A stretch of DNA of 64,000 bases from Patescibacteria group bacterium (GTDB taxonomy: Bacteria > Patescibacteriota > Doudnabacteria > UBA920): contig WARV01000005.1 in assembly GCA_013387205.1 (NCBI GenBank), positions 27,924 through 91,923 on the forward strand. Direction: 5' to 3'. The stretch's first letter is position 1. Every line of letters starts with the position of its first letter. The notes under the pieces were generated by a model. That model was not told where the DNA came from, made no database searches, and saw only the letters and a program-made list of their open reading frames with translations. Below, in pieces: positions 36,259-45,646 of the stretch. The translations under genes and the position numbers were made by a program.

Positions 36259-37416
36259 TTATTGATTGTTCTTTAACGCCGCATAAGTTGCCAGCACATT
36301 CTGCATAGCCGTCTTTTCTGCCGCTGTGATGTCGCGGTCTTTGTAGTACTTATCACCCTCGTAGCGCATCTTGGTTTTCGTTCCGGCAAGGACAGCGTTG
36401 ATAATTTTCATTTCGTCATCACCAACCAGGGTGACCGAAGTTTCCCAGACCGTGCTGTTATTATCCCGGCTGACTGAGAGCGGAATGTAGTTATAGTTTA
36501 CTCCGTCTATGTTGAAGATATATTTGTTAACGAACAGCCAGTCGTCGCCGTGGTAAGTCACTTTCATCCAGAGAGTCGGTTGTCCGTTATCCGGTTTGTC
36601 GATCAGCAGCATTACAACGCTCTGCCAATAGCTGGGAGGAAAGCCCTTGTCATAATAAGTCGTGGTCTTTTTAATATCATCATAATCAGAACCCATTTTA
36701 GACAGGACGGCTTTGGTCTTTGCGTCAGCTTCTGCTTTGGCCTTTGCCTGGGCTTCCTGGTCGACCTTGGCTTTAGCGGCAGCTTCAGCATCAGCCTGCG
36801 TCTTGGCTGTTTTTTCTTCCTCGGTGAAGATGCGTTTTACGCTTAAAGTATTAGTAGTCTTTTTGCCGCCATTAGTAGCAGTAATATTAATTTGGTTTCT
36901 GCCTTCGTTCGGGACAGGAGTCTGGTAATCAAAGCTGCCATCTTTTTGAACAGTAACTCGTTTATTGTTTATGAGCAGCATTGACCCTGCTGGATTGACC
37001 TTGCCTTTGACGCTGACTGTTTTGGCCTGGACGGTATAGCCACTCGCAGGTTCAGTAATAGTAAGGGAAGGCGCACGGCCTGCATAAGCAGTGGAGATTT
37101 TTAAAACCGCAAATACCAGGACGATAGCTACAGTGGCAATCGTGTTGGTCTTTGCGGTAAACTTGGTTTTTTTCCAGAGGAACCAGATTCCGGCACCTGG
37201 GATAGTCAGGTACCACAGGAACGGAGTTAGGATAACTAATAGCACTATAGCGGAAATCTTTAAGATCTTTTTGATTCCCGCTGACTGGCTTGGCATGTGC
37301 GGCAGGGCTGCCGCAACTGCTGGTTGTGCAGAGGCCGGGACAAGGCTCTTTTTGCAGTGCCTGCAAACGGTAGCCTGATCCTGGATGTCCTCGGCGCAAT
37401 AGGGACATTTTTTCAT
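36259..37416 (-). CDS. Zinc-ribbon membrane protein with extracytoplasmic Ig-like and A/K-rich segments (paralog 2)
   Basis: Start set at MKKCPYCAEDIQDQATVCRHC (13 codons inside the track ORF). Two TM helices, a beta-rich domain, then an AKAKAEADAKTKA-type low-complexity stretch. GC-rich. Confidence 0.55.
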   Translation of the reverse strand: MKKCPYCAEDIQDQATVCRHCKKSLVPASAQPAVAAALPHMPSQSAGIKKILKISAIVLLVILTPFLWYLTIPGAGIWFLWKKTKFTAKTNTIATVAIVLVFAVLKISTAYAGRAPSLTITEPASGYTVQAKTVSVKGKVNPAGSMLLINNKRVTVQKDGSFDYQTPVPNEGRNQINITATNGGKKTTNTLSVKRIFTEEEKTAKTQADAEAAAKAKVDQEAQAKAKAEADAKTKAVLSKMGSDYDDIKKTTTYYDKGFPPSYWQSVVMLLIDKPDNGQPTLWMKVTYHGDDWLFVNKYIFNIDGVNYNYIPLSVSRDNNSTVWETSVTLVGDDEMKIINAVLAGTKTKMRYEGDKYYKDRDITAAEKTAMQNVLATYAALKNNQ

Positions 37417-37440
37417 TGTAGTTTCCTTGATCGGTTTTTC

Positions 37441-37570
37441 CTGGCCGGATAACATAAAGGCCCCCGCCAGGAGCTCGACCCTTTCGGGCCGAACGCATGG
37501 GTTTCCCCATACGACCGATCAAGGAACCCTGACGAGGGGTTCTATATCTTGATCGGATTTTTTGACCATA
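37441..37570. other. GC-rich structured element (candidate ncRNA or structured 5' leader)
   Basis: An ~130-nt island of ~60% GC in AT-rich DNA. Long-range stem ccttgatcgg ... ccgatcaagg encloses ggcccccgccaggagctcgaccctttcgggcc. An extra hairpin gaaccctgacgaggggttc and a third cttgatcgg copy follow. The overlapping track ORF 37052-37522 is probably spurious. Confidence 0.3.
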
Positions 37571-37958
37571 TCCCTTAGAAGTATAAGGGGGTTAGGTCGT
37601 TGAGTTGTTAAGATAATTATACGACATTTAAGCCGATTAATCCAGTCCATTTTAACTTAGTATTGGAAGGTTGCGAAGTACTAGTTATCTACTGCTGTGG
37701 ATATCTTTATATTGACTCGATAGTGGGCAGTGCTATCATTTTATATAGAACAACTACATATAAAAACACGCTCGCCCGACTCTGATCCGGGGTCACAAAT
37801 TGCGGATCAAATTAATTATTAACGAATTACTTATTTAACTGAATTGGGGCTTGACACTTAGCTGTGTCAGGCTTACACCAATTCAGATTTTTTGTAAGCC
37901 GACCTAGCTTTGTGTCGGCTGTTTTGATGTGTGGCTAAAAATCATTAATTAGAACCAT

Positions 37959-39257
37959 ATGTCAACACAAAAAGGAACGAAAACAACTTGCTTGCAATGG
38001 CACAACGAAAAGCGCAGGGTCAAAGACCTGCTGCCGTGGGATAAAAATCCCAGAACTCTTTCCGAAGAGCAGGAAGAACACCTAAAGGAATCTATCTCCA
38101 AATTTAATTTGGCAGAGATTCCCGTAATCAACCTGGACAATAAAATTGCCGCGGGACATCAACGTTTGAAAATTCTGCATCTGCTCGGCAGGAGCAATGA
38201 GATAATCGATGTAAGGGTGCCAAACCGCAAACTGACCCAAAAAGAGTTTGAGGAGTATAACCTCAGGAGCAATGCAAACGTGGGCTCATGGAATTATGAA
38301 ATGCTTTTGGAGCACTTTGAGATCGACACTCTCTTGGAGATCGGGTTTGACGAGCAGGCTTTGGCAGACGTGTGGGATGGCATGCTCGAAACGGAGGACG
38401 ATAATTTGGACTTGGAAAAAGAAATCAAAAAAGCCCAGAGCACCAAAATTAAGCCTGGGGATATGTTTTCCTTAGGCAGGCACACTTTACTCTGCGCCGA
38501 TAGCCTTGAACTTAAAAACATTAAGCGCCTGGTCTGCAACCAAAAAATGGACGTGTTGTATGTAGATTTACCCTATAATACAAAACTCTCGTACTCTGAA
38601 GGCGTTGGCAAGAAGCGCAACTATGGCGGCCATACCAATGACAACAAAACCGATGCCGAATATGAGCAGTTTGTTACGACTATGGTTAGCAATGGATTGG
38701 CAGTTTCCAAACCCGATGTCCATAGTTTCTTCTGGTGTGATGAAAGGTATATTGGGTTATTTCAGAAAGTCTTTGCCAACTGCGGCATTAATTCGCTCCG
38801 CGTATGTTACTGGCTCAAGAACGGCTTTAACGTGACACCGCATGTGGCCTTTAATAAAGTTTTGGAAGCTTGCGTCTACGGTACGGTTGGCAAGCCCTAC
38901 TTAAATCCAAACGCTACAAATTTGCATGAGTTGCTTAACAAAGAACTCGGCACTGGTAACCAGTTGGCTGATGACATTTTGGATCAGTTTAACATTTGGC
39001 TGGCCAAGCGTGATGCCGGGCAAGATTACGAGCACCCGACCCAGAAGCCAATTACATTAGCCGAGCGCCCATTAAGGCGTTGCAGCAAACCAGGCGACAA
39101 TGTGCTGGACTTAACGGCTGGTAGCGGCTCGACAATATTGTCGTGCGAGCAACTTAAACGCCGCTGCTTTGCCTGCGAGATCGAACCAGTGTTTTGCCAG
39201 GTAATCATTAACAGATTTGAAACTTATGCCAAACAAAAAGTTAAAAAACTCAACTAA
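37959..39257 (+). CDS. ParB-like nuclease domain fused to N6-adenine/N4-cytosine DNA methyltransferase
   Basis: 432 aa. N-terminal ParB/Srx-like region (WDKNPRTLSEEQEEHLKESISKFNLAEIPVI). C-terminal MTase motifs: DLPYN (motif IV variant), HPTQKP, DLTAGSGST (motif I). Confidence 0.75.
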   Translation: MSTQKGTKTTCLQWHNEKRRVKDLLPWDKNPRTLSEEQEEHLKESISKFNLAEIPVINLDNKIAAGHQRLKILHLLGRSNEIIDVRVPNRKLTQKEFEEYNLRSNANVGSWNYEMLLEHFEIDTLLEIGFDEQALADVWDGMLETEDDNLDLEKEIKKAQSTKIKPGDMFSLGRHTLLCADSLELKNIKRLVCNQKMDVLYVDLPYNTKLSYSEGVGKKRNYGGHTNDNKTDAEYEQFVTTMVSNGLAVSKPDVHSFFWCDERYIGLFQKVFANCGINSLRVCYWLKNGFNVTPHVAFNKVLEACVYGTVGKPYLNPNATNLHELLNKELGTGNQLADDILDQFNIWLAKRDAGQDYEHPTQKPITLAERPLRRCSKPGDNVLDLTAGSGSTILSCEQLKRRCFACEIEPVFCQVIINRFETYAKQKVKKLN

Positions 39258-40008
39258 AGAAATTGAAATCAAATACGGTGACCAGTTTGCACTTGGCGAG
39301 CATAAGTTACTGTGTGCGGATGCCGCTGACACCAAAACCATTTCCGCTTTCATCGGCAACGCTAAAATCAGCCAGATAAACTGTGATGTTCCATACGGAA
39401 TTGAGTATGCCCAATCGAAGGCTGGCTTTGGCAAAATTAAGGTGGACAAGGAAATTTTAAACGACGATTTTGTCTCAGACAGCCAGTATGCAGCCTTTAC
39501 CAAATCCTGGCTGGATGCCGTGGTACCACACCTGGCCAAAAAGAATTCCGTGTATATCTTTAACTGCGATAAAATGTTGTTTGCCCTTCGTGACGGTATG
39601 CAGCAAGCTGGAGTGAAATTTTCCCAGCTTCTCATCTGGATCAAGAGCCAGGCAGTCATTGGACGCAAAGATTATCTGCCAGCCCACGAACTTATTGCTT
39701 ATGGCTGGGCCGGAACTCACGAGTTCCACCGTTCCAAAGACAAAAGCGTACTGTATTATCCTAAGCCTTCCAAAAGTCCACTTCACCCGACTCAAAAACC
39801 AGTTGGCCTTATTCGTAAGTTAATTCTGAATAACACGAAAATTGGGGATACGGTTTACGACTGCTTTAGTGGTAGCGGAACTTGTTTAATTGCTTGCGAG
39901 CAAACCAGGCGTAAATGCTTGGCGGTTGAACTTGACCCACAGTATTGCCAGACTATTATTACCCGCTACGAAAAATTAACAGGTATTAAGGCTAAAAAGT
40001 TAACTTAA
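39217..40008 (+). CDS. DNA methyltransferase (N6-A/N4-C, beta-class), paralog of the preceding MTase domain
   Basis: 263 aa. DVPYG (DPPY variant), HPTQKP and DCFSGSGT motifs. Overlaps the previous gene by 41 nt. Confidence 0.75.
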   Translation: MKLMPNKKLKNSTKEIEIKYGDQFALGEHKLLCADAADTKTISAFIGNAKISQINCDVPYGIEYAQSKAGFGKIKVDKEILNDDFVSDSQYAAFTKSWLDAVVPHLAKKNSVYIFNCDKMLFALRDGMQQAGVKFSQLLIWIKSQAVIGRKDYLPAHELIAYGWAGTHEFHRSKDKSVLYYPKPSKSPLHPTQKPVGLIRKLILNNTKIGDTVYDCFSGSGTCLIACEQTRRKCLAVELDPQYCQTIITRYEKLTGIKAKKLT

Positions 40009-40012
40009 GTTT

Positions 40013-40447
40013 ATGATTACCGACAAACAAAAACAATTATTACTTGAGCAATTGAGAAAAACGCCGATCATCCAGTTGGCTACTGAAAAAACCGGCATCT
40101 CTCGCATGACTTACTATCGCTGGAGACGGGAAAGCCAAAAGTTTAAAAGGGCGGCTGACGAAGCCTTGGCCCAGGGAGAGCTCCTGATTAACGATTTATC
40201 TGAAGGGGTGCTCATATCTTTAATTAAGGAGAAAAATTTTCAGGCAGTTTCCCTGTGGCTAAAACAACACCATCCTAAGTATGCGGCAAGGTTAGAAATT
40301 TCCGGCCGCATCGAGCATGAAGACGGCAATCTTTCGGCTAAGCAAAAAGCCATTATTAAGCAGGCCCTGCGCCTGTCTATGATTAACAAACAAAACTACT
40401 ATGAACAAAGAAAAGGAGTTCCAAAAGATCCAGCACTGGATGCTTAG
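40013..40447 (+). CDS. Terminase small subunit-like HTH protein
   Basis: 144 aa. HTH (LATEKTGISRMTYYRWRRE) and an LWLKQHHPKYA-type segment typical of phage TerS. Immediately upstream of terL and overlapping it. Confidence 0.5.
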   Translation: MITDKQKQLLLEQLRKTPIIQLATEKTGISRMTYYRWRRESQKFKRAADEALAQGELLINDLSEGVLISLIKEKNFQAVSLWLKQHHPKYAARLEISGRIEHEDGNLSAKQKAIIKQALRLSMINKQNYYEQRKGVPKDPALDA

Positions 40448-41900
40448 TGACATTAAAGTCAGGAGGGAAATCGTTACCAAAGACCACAGTTGGTTTTTCA
40501 GCTATTACTTAACCGGCCACCACGACCTGGAAACCGCCCCTTTCCAGCACGAGATGCTGGCTATCACCGAAGACCCAAAAGTCGATTTGGCGGTGATAAC
40601 CGCCTTTAGGGACAGCGGCAAAAGTACTATTTGTACCCTGTCTGGCGTATTGTGGTCGGTCTTAGGATGCCAAAAGAAAAAGCTGGTTATCATTATCGGC
40701 AAGACTTTAGACAAAGCCCAGACCCATCTGGTCAACATCAAGCACGAGTTGGAAAATAATGAGATGCTCAGGAAAGACTTAGGGCCTTTCCAAGAAATCA
40801 GTGGTCAGTGGGGCCTTCAGGCTTTGATTATTCCAAAGTACAATGCCAAGATCATGGTAAGCTCAGTCGGCCAATCCGTGCGTGGTGAAAAATATTTGCA
40901 AAGCCGCCCTGACCTGATTATTTTGGACGACGTGGAAGATCTGGAATCCGTCAAAACCAAAGAGAGCCGTGACGGCCTCTGGAACTGGTTTGTCGGCGAA
41001 GTCCTGCCTGCCAGAAGCCATAACAATTCCAAAGTCATCGTGGTAGGCAACCACCTGCACGAAGATTCGCTGCTTAAAAAGCTTCAAAAGAAAATTGAAG
41101 CCGGGGAAATTGACGGGATCTACCGTGAATATCCGATTATGGATAAAGATAAAAATCCCTTGTGGCCAGCCAGGTATCCTGACATGGCGGCTATCGAAGC
41201 CAAAAGAAAAAGTACTATGGACGAGCGAGCCTGGTACCGCGAGTTTTTGCTAATTATTCTGCCTGACGACGACCAAATCGTTAAGTCTGAATGGCTGCAG
41301 GAGTACGAACCTGGACAGCTTCCTGATAAGGATTTTCGCTATGCGGCGATGGGTGTGGATCTGGCTATCTCCCAACGCAGTAAGGCAGATAGTACCGCAA
41401 TAATTCCGGTTTATGTTTACGGAAACCAAGAAAACCTCAAAGTTTACCTGCTGCCACACCCAATCAACAAGCAGATGACAGGGTTGGAAACTTTGCAAAC
41501 ACTTAAAAATCTGTCTGACACTTTAAGCACAAGAGGCCGTGCCAAAATTTTTATCGAGAACAACGGCATGCAGCAGGTATTTGTTGAACAATTACAGAAC
41601 GCAGGATATCCGGCAGTAGGTATGCCTTCTTACGGCTCTGACAAACCGGGTAGGTTTAAATCCATCAGCCACTTGATCCAGGGAGCTAAAGTTTTCTTTC
41701 CCAAAGGGTGTTATCAAGAACTGCGGCAGCAGATGCTGGGCTTTGGCGTGGAAGCCCATGATGACTTGGTTGACGCCCTGACTTTACTGCTCCAAGGTGT
41801 AATGAAGGAAGATAGGCCAGCATGCAGGACTGGATGTTTTCCAGTGCCGACATGGTCAACCGGTAGGACTGAGTTCGGAAAAAGCATTGCGGTGTATTAA
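40401..41900 (+). CDS. Phage terminase large subunit
   Basis: 499 aa. Walker A AFRDSGKST, Walker B LIILDDVEDL, and a C-terminal RNase H-like nuclease region with conserved acidic residues (GVDLAIS ... EAHDDLVDAL). Confidence 0.8.
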   Translation: MNKEKEFQKIQHWMLSDIKVRREIVTKDHSWFFSYYLTGHHDLETAPFQHEMLAITEDPKVDLAVITAFRDSGKSTICTLSGVLWSVLGCQKKKLVIIIGKTLDKAQTHLVNIKHELENNEMLRKDLGPFQEISGQWGLQALIIPKYNAKIMVSSVGQSVRGEKYLQSRPDLIILDDVEDLESVKTKESRDGLWNWFVGEVLPARSHNNSKVIVVGNHLHEDSLLKKLQKKIEAGEIDGIYREYPIMDKDKNPLWPARYPDMAAIEAKRKSTMDERAWYREFLLIILPDDDQIVKSEWLQEYEPGQLPDKDFRYAAMGVDLAISQRSKADSTAIIPVYVYGNQENLKVYLLPHPINKQMTGLETLQTLKNLSDTLSTRGRAKIFIENNGMQQVFVEQLQNAGYPAVGMPSYGSDKPGRFKSISHLIQGAKVFFPKGCYQELRQQMLGFGVEAHDDLVDALTLLLQGVMKEDRPACRTGCFPVPTWSTGRTEFGKSIAVY

Positions 41901-41908
41901 AATGGCCG

Positions 41909-42604
41909 CTAACAAACGAATTTTTTCTGTTTTTTGCTGTATGAACACTTAACCGCATCAGTTTTGCCGTCTGATAAGCATTGCCTTACCAACTCGATCA
42001 GCTGGTCAGATATGACTTTGCCTTTTTGGTATGCATAATGGTAACCGAAGTTGCCTTTGCTCGGATGCGGTACGCCAATGATTTTGCGATTAGGATAAAC
42101 GTAAGCCAGTAACTCAAAAGCGTGATTGCCCACAGCAATCAGCGGCGTATTTTCCGGTATTAGAGAAATTTCTTTACTGAGGTAATTGCTGATGCTGTAG
42201 CGTATGGTGTTGAGAGATAAGGCTTTAACGTTTTTATTGCTTTGGCATTTAACTAATTCTGTCCAGAGGATTGGGCCGGTTAAACCAGTCTTGTCAGCCA
42301 AGTCCCGTAGCGGACCATAAAAATTTATATAGTCTTTGCGATTGAGTTCCCAGTAGCGCACAGCAGCTGGGTAATTTCGGTTTGCCTTGTCTGTAAAATA
42401 TATGGTTTCCTCCGGCCTTGCACGGCCAGGGTTCATGCCGACAATGATAGCACTTTTGCCCTTGCGGCCGTCTATTTCGTAGTAAAGGCATCGGGCGATG
42501 ATGCCTTGTTCGGGTTGGTAGTCGATATCAGAAAAGCTTTGCCAGGTTTTGTCATCCATCATGCGCTGGCCAATTACGGCGATTTGTTCGGAGATTGATT
42601 GCAT
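41909..42604 (-). CDS. Uracil-DNA glycosylase superfamily protein (MUG/SMUG-like motifs)
   Basis: 231 aa. Motif A IIVGMNPGRA and motif B GVPHPSKGNFGY are spaced ~130 aa apart, as in the UDG fold. Confidence 0.55.
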   Translation of the reverse strand: MQSISEQIAVIGQRMMDDKTWQSFSDIDYQPEQGIIARCLYYEIDGRKGKSAIIVGMNPGRARPEETIYFTDKANRNYPAAVRYWELNRKDYINFYGPLRDLADKTGLTGPILWTELVKCQSNKNVKALSLNTIRYSISNYLSKEISLIPENTPLIAVGNHAFELLAYVYPNRKIIGVPHPSKGNFGYHYAYQKGKVISDQLIELVRQCLSDGKTDAVKCSYSKKQKKFVC

Positions 42605-42610
42605 AGCTTT

Positions 42611-43261
42611 TTAAGTTTTAATTTTCAGAGGCATGCCTGCCTTTGTGACTTCCCATCCTTTCAAGTACCGAAAAAGAATCCCCGTAATTTCCATAAAAGC
42701 CATAAGCGCTTCCAGATAACCAGAGTCTGGTATAGCTTCGTCCATGGAGCTGATTTTAATCACTACAGTATGTTCGGATTCGTTGGGTTTGCTCAAAGCA
42801 TTGGCAAAATGTTTGTCCGAAAGATGGATGTATCCTGAAGTATGTTCGTAGACATTTTTTAATTGCGGGTACTCCTGGGCAAGGCTTTCGATAAGGTAGC
42901 CGTCTTTTAGTTTTCGGCCATCTTTATCTTTCAGCGTATTAATTTTGGTTCCTTTAAAAACTTCCATGGCAAAATCATGAAGATCTTTTACCAGCCACGC
43001 TGCTCGGTAGCGCAGTAAATTATCCAGTTGCATGCGAATCAGCGGGGCTGCGGCTATAAAATTATGTTTTTCAATCAGATCGCAGAATCCCGACATTAGG
43101 CATAATGAGCGGTTCATGACTGCAAAAGAAAACAGATCCATAGGATACAGTTTTCCATCAGCTGCCCTCATTATTTTTTCTCCCACTTCTTTATGGTCAT
43201 TGACCGTAGAACGCAGACTTGCAATTGCTTGCTTGATTTTGTCAGAAAGCTCTATTTCCAT
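42611..43261 (-). CDS. Hypothetical protein
   Basis: 216 aa with no motif recognised. The gap to the UDG-like gene is 6 nt and to the HEPN-like gene 20 nt. Confidence 0.45.
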   Translation of the reverse strand: MEIELSDKIKQAIASLRSTVNDHKEVGEKIMRAADGKLYPMDLFSFAVMNRSLCLMSGFCDLIEKHNFIAAAPLIRMQLDNLLRYRAAWLVKDLHDFAMEVFKGTKINTLKDKDGRKLKDGYLIESLAQEYPQLKNVYEHTSGYIHLSDKHFANALSKPNESEHTVVIKISSMDEAIPDSGYLEALMAFMEITGILFRYLKGWEVTKAGMPLKIKT

Positions 43262-43281
43262 GTTTTTGTCCCAATGGCTAA

Positions 43282-44619
43282 TTAAGAAATTTTTACCAGT
43301 AGTAATGCTATGACATTTTCCATTGATTTAAATACAAGCGACAAAGTTTTGTCATCTTTTAAAATAAATCCTTTATGAGCATAAGCGCACCGTAATTTGT
43401 AAAGATCATTAAACCACGGCAGCAATTCCGGCTTTAGCGCATGAATGCCGCCGACAATATATTTCTTGTTGTCGCTATTCACATTTTTAGGTACAAAAAG
43501 GTGTTCCAAGCTGCAATACATAAGCAAAATTTTAGCGCCAAGATCTGGAATCTGAGTGGCAGAACTCAAGATGTCCAGCGTAGGTTGAATATCATTGACA
43601 CTCCTCTCAGTCCAAGGGTTTTTCAAGCTATCCAAAATTTTTTGGTTTTCTAAAAAGAACTTTTCTATTCCGCCAAACGTACGATCGTCGATATACATCT
43701 TAGCCAGGCCTCGGTAGCCGTAAGACAAAAACAGGCAGCCATCGGGCGTCTTTAGCCAAGGTTCTCTTTTGTCTTCGTCCCAACTAAAAACTCCCAAGTA
43801 GCCGCTGTTTAGAAGGACAGGCGAAGTTGGCGCTTCCAGCCTAACGTCAGATTGCCCGAAATCCATCTGTGGCCGGTAGATGAAACTGGCGATTCGCAGC
43901 ATATTAAAAAAAGTTCTGAGCCAAGCGGAAGCGTACCAGTAGGCATAAGTCATCGATCCTTCGGTTGCAAATCCTATGGAAGGAGAGTGAAAAAAATTTT
44001 TGGCTTCTTTTTTATTATACTGTCGTAAATGGGGTTGGTATTGTTGATGTTTGGCAACAAGCTGGCTGGCTTTCAAAAAACAGACAAACGGCAGACTAAG
44101 TTTTGCAAATAAGCCGTCAAAAAATGCCTGCACGTCTCCAAATGGAGTATCGAAATACGAGACTGTGGTTACTAACGTCTGCGATTGAACAAATCCTTTC
44201 AAGCGCTCGAAATATTCCTCAATGATTGCCTGATATCCTTTTGTTTTATCACGCCAAGGCACTACGAATTGACTTTCGTCAACATACGACCCGCCCCCAA
44301 CCCTTTTGTGATATTCCTTTTCATCACTAAATTCAAAAGCCATTTTGCAGCGAAATAAAATATTAGTTACGTCAGCGGGAGAAATTTTCAGGCCTTTATC
44401 GACGAAGTATTCGCACTCTTTCTGTATTAAAGGCAGCAAAAAACGCTGGTGATAATATTGTTCTTTACCCCATTTATCAACGGGTGGCATCAATTTGGCA
44501 AGAGAGGCTTCTGTATCAGCCACTCGCTCGAGATGTAGCCACATCTGCTCACCAATTTGGTTTTTGACGGTTTGTAAAAAAGAAGTCGGCATAGATATAT
44601 TGTAGCACTTTTCGGCCAA
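43282..44619 (-). CDS. Hypothetical protein with C-terminal HEPN-like Rx4H motif
   Basis: 445 aa. The C-terminus NDLYKLRCAYAHKGF contains RCAYAH (R-x4-H), analogous to the motif in the 28878-30011 protein. Confidence 0.45.
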   Translation of the reverse strand: MAEKCYNISMPTSFLQTVKNQIGEQMWLHLERVADTEASLAKLMPPVDKWGKEQYYHQRFLLPLIQKECEYFVDKGLKISPADVTNILFRCKMAFEFSDEKEYHKRVGGGSYVDESQFVVPWRDKTKGYQAIIEEYFERLKGFVQSQTLVTTVSYFDTPFGDVQAFFDGLFAKLSLPFVCFLKASQLVAKHQQYQPHLRQYNKKEAKNFFHSPSIGFATEGSMTYAYWYASAWLRTFFNMLRIASFIYRPQMDFGQSDVRLEAPTSPVLLNSGYLGVFSWDEDKREPWLKTPDGCLFLSYGYRGLAKMYIDDRTFGGIEKFFLENQKILDSLKNPWTERSVNDIQPTLDILSSATQIPDLGAKILLMYCSLEHLFVPKNVNSDNKKYIVGGIHALKPELLPWFNDLYKLRCAYAHKGFILKDDKTLSLVFKSMENVIALLLVKIS

Positions 44620-44722
44620 ACTAGCGGCTTTTCCTTAGCTTTCCGGGGTCTGGACTTCCTCTGCAATTTGAGTCATTCCTTTGATTGTGAGTGATATTTT
44701 GTATATAATTAATAAAGAAGCT

Positions 44723-45643
44723 ATGTCAAAAATTACAAAACCTGTGTTAATAACAGAATATGGACACCTTTATAAGGGTGATTGTTTACAGATAATGAGA
44801 GGGATAAAATCTGAAAGCGTTGACCTGTTTTTTGCCGACCCTCCATTTAACCTGAATAAATCTTACGGGAATGGTGTCAGGGATGACTTGCAGGAAAGCG
44901 AATATCTGGAATGGTGCCACAAGTGGATTGATGAAGGCGTGCGCGTCCTTAAACCCGGAGGTTCATTTTTTCTCTATAATATTCCCAAATGGAATGTCCA
45001 GCTGGCAAGCTATATTTCCAAGTCTTTAAATTTCCGGAGCTGGATAGCAATAGAAATAACTTTTTCTCTTCCGATTAAAGGCAGGCTATATCCGTCTCAT
45101 TACTCCTTGCTCTATTTTGTAAAAGGTAAGAAGCCCAACACTTTTGAACCGCCAAGACTTCCAATGCAGGTTTGCCGTCACTGTGGTGGGGAAATAAAGG
45201 ATTACGGCGGATATAAAAATAAGATGAATCCCAAAGGGATCAACTTATCTGATATCTGGACTGATATACCGCCCGTTAGGCACAAGAAGTACAAAAATCG
45301 CGAAGCCAATGCTCTAAGCCTAAAACTGCTCGACAGGATCTTGGATATGTCCTCTAAAGAAGGTGATGTAATACTAGACCCTTTTGGTGGCAGCGGGACG
45401 ACTTATATAGCAGCCGAATTGAAAATGCGGAAATGGATTGGAATGGAGATATCTACCACTGATGAAATCACGAGACGATTTAAGAGCATGGCCAAGGATA
45501 AGGAATACTATGACTGCTTAAGAGAAAATGTAAATGTTTTATTTACAAAGAAAGCTTTGGAATTACGAAAAAAACACGGCCACCATAACGGTAAGTACGT
45601 GCTTAGCGAAACAAATATTACAAAACAAAAAGCGTTGTTCTAA
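44723..45643 (+). CDS. DNA methyltransferase (N4-C/N6-A, beta-class) of a candidate type II R-M pair
   Basis: Start set at MSKITKPVL. Motif IV FADPPFN, motif I DPFGGSGTT. A CxxC ... zinc-finger insertion (CRHCGG) is present. Confidence 0.75.
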   Translation: MSKITKPVLITEYGHLYKGDCLQIMRGIKSESVDLFFADPPFNLNKSYGNGVRDDLQESEYLEWCHKWIDEGVRVLKPGGSFFLYNIPKWNVQLASYISKSLNFRSWIAIEITFSLPIKGRLYPSHYSLLYFVKGKKPNTFEPPRLPMQVCRHCGGEIKDYGGYKNKMNPKGINLSDIWTDIPPVRHKKYKNREANALSLKLLDRILDMSSKEGDVILDPFGGSGTTYIAAELKMRKWIGMEISTTDEITRRFKSMAKDKEYYDCLRENVNVLFTKKALELRKKHGHHNGKYVLSETNITKQKALF

Positions 45644-45646
45644 AAA

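Noticed and set aside
37052-37522. Track ORF 37052-37522 (-), 156 aa (MIGRMGKPMRSARKGRAPGGG ...)
   Set aside because: It spans the GC-rich structured element and runs out of frame over the start of the Zn-ribbon gene. Its Gly/Arg/Pro-rich composition is typical of translated GC-rich non-coding sequence.
37600-37950. Direct repeat of the tRNA-Gln 3' end marking the left attachment site
   Set aside because: Only a weak 10/14 similarity (ggaaggttgcgaag vs ggaaggattcgaac) was seen. That is not convincing. Serine recombinases also do not require long att duplications.
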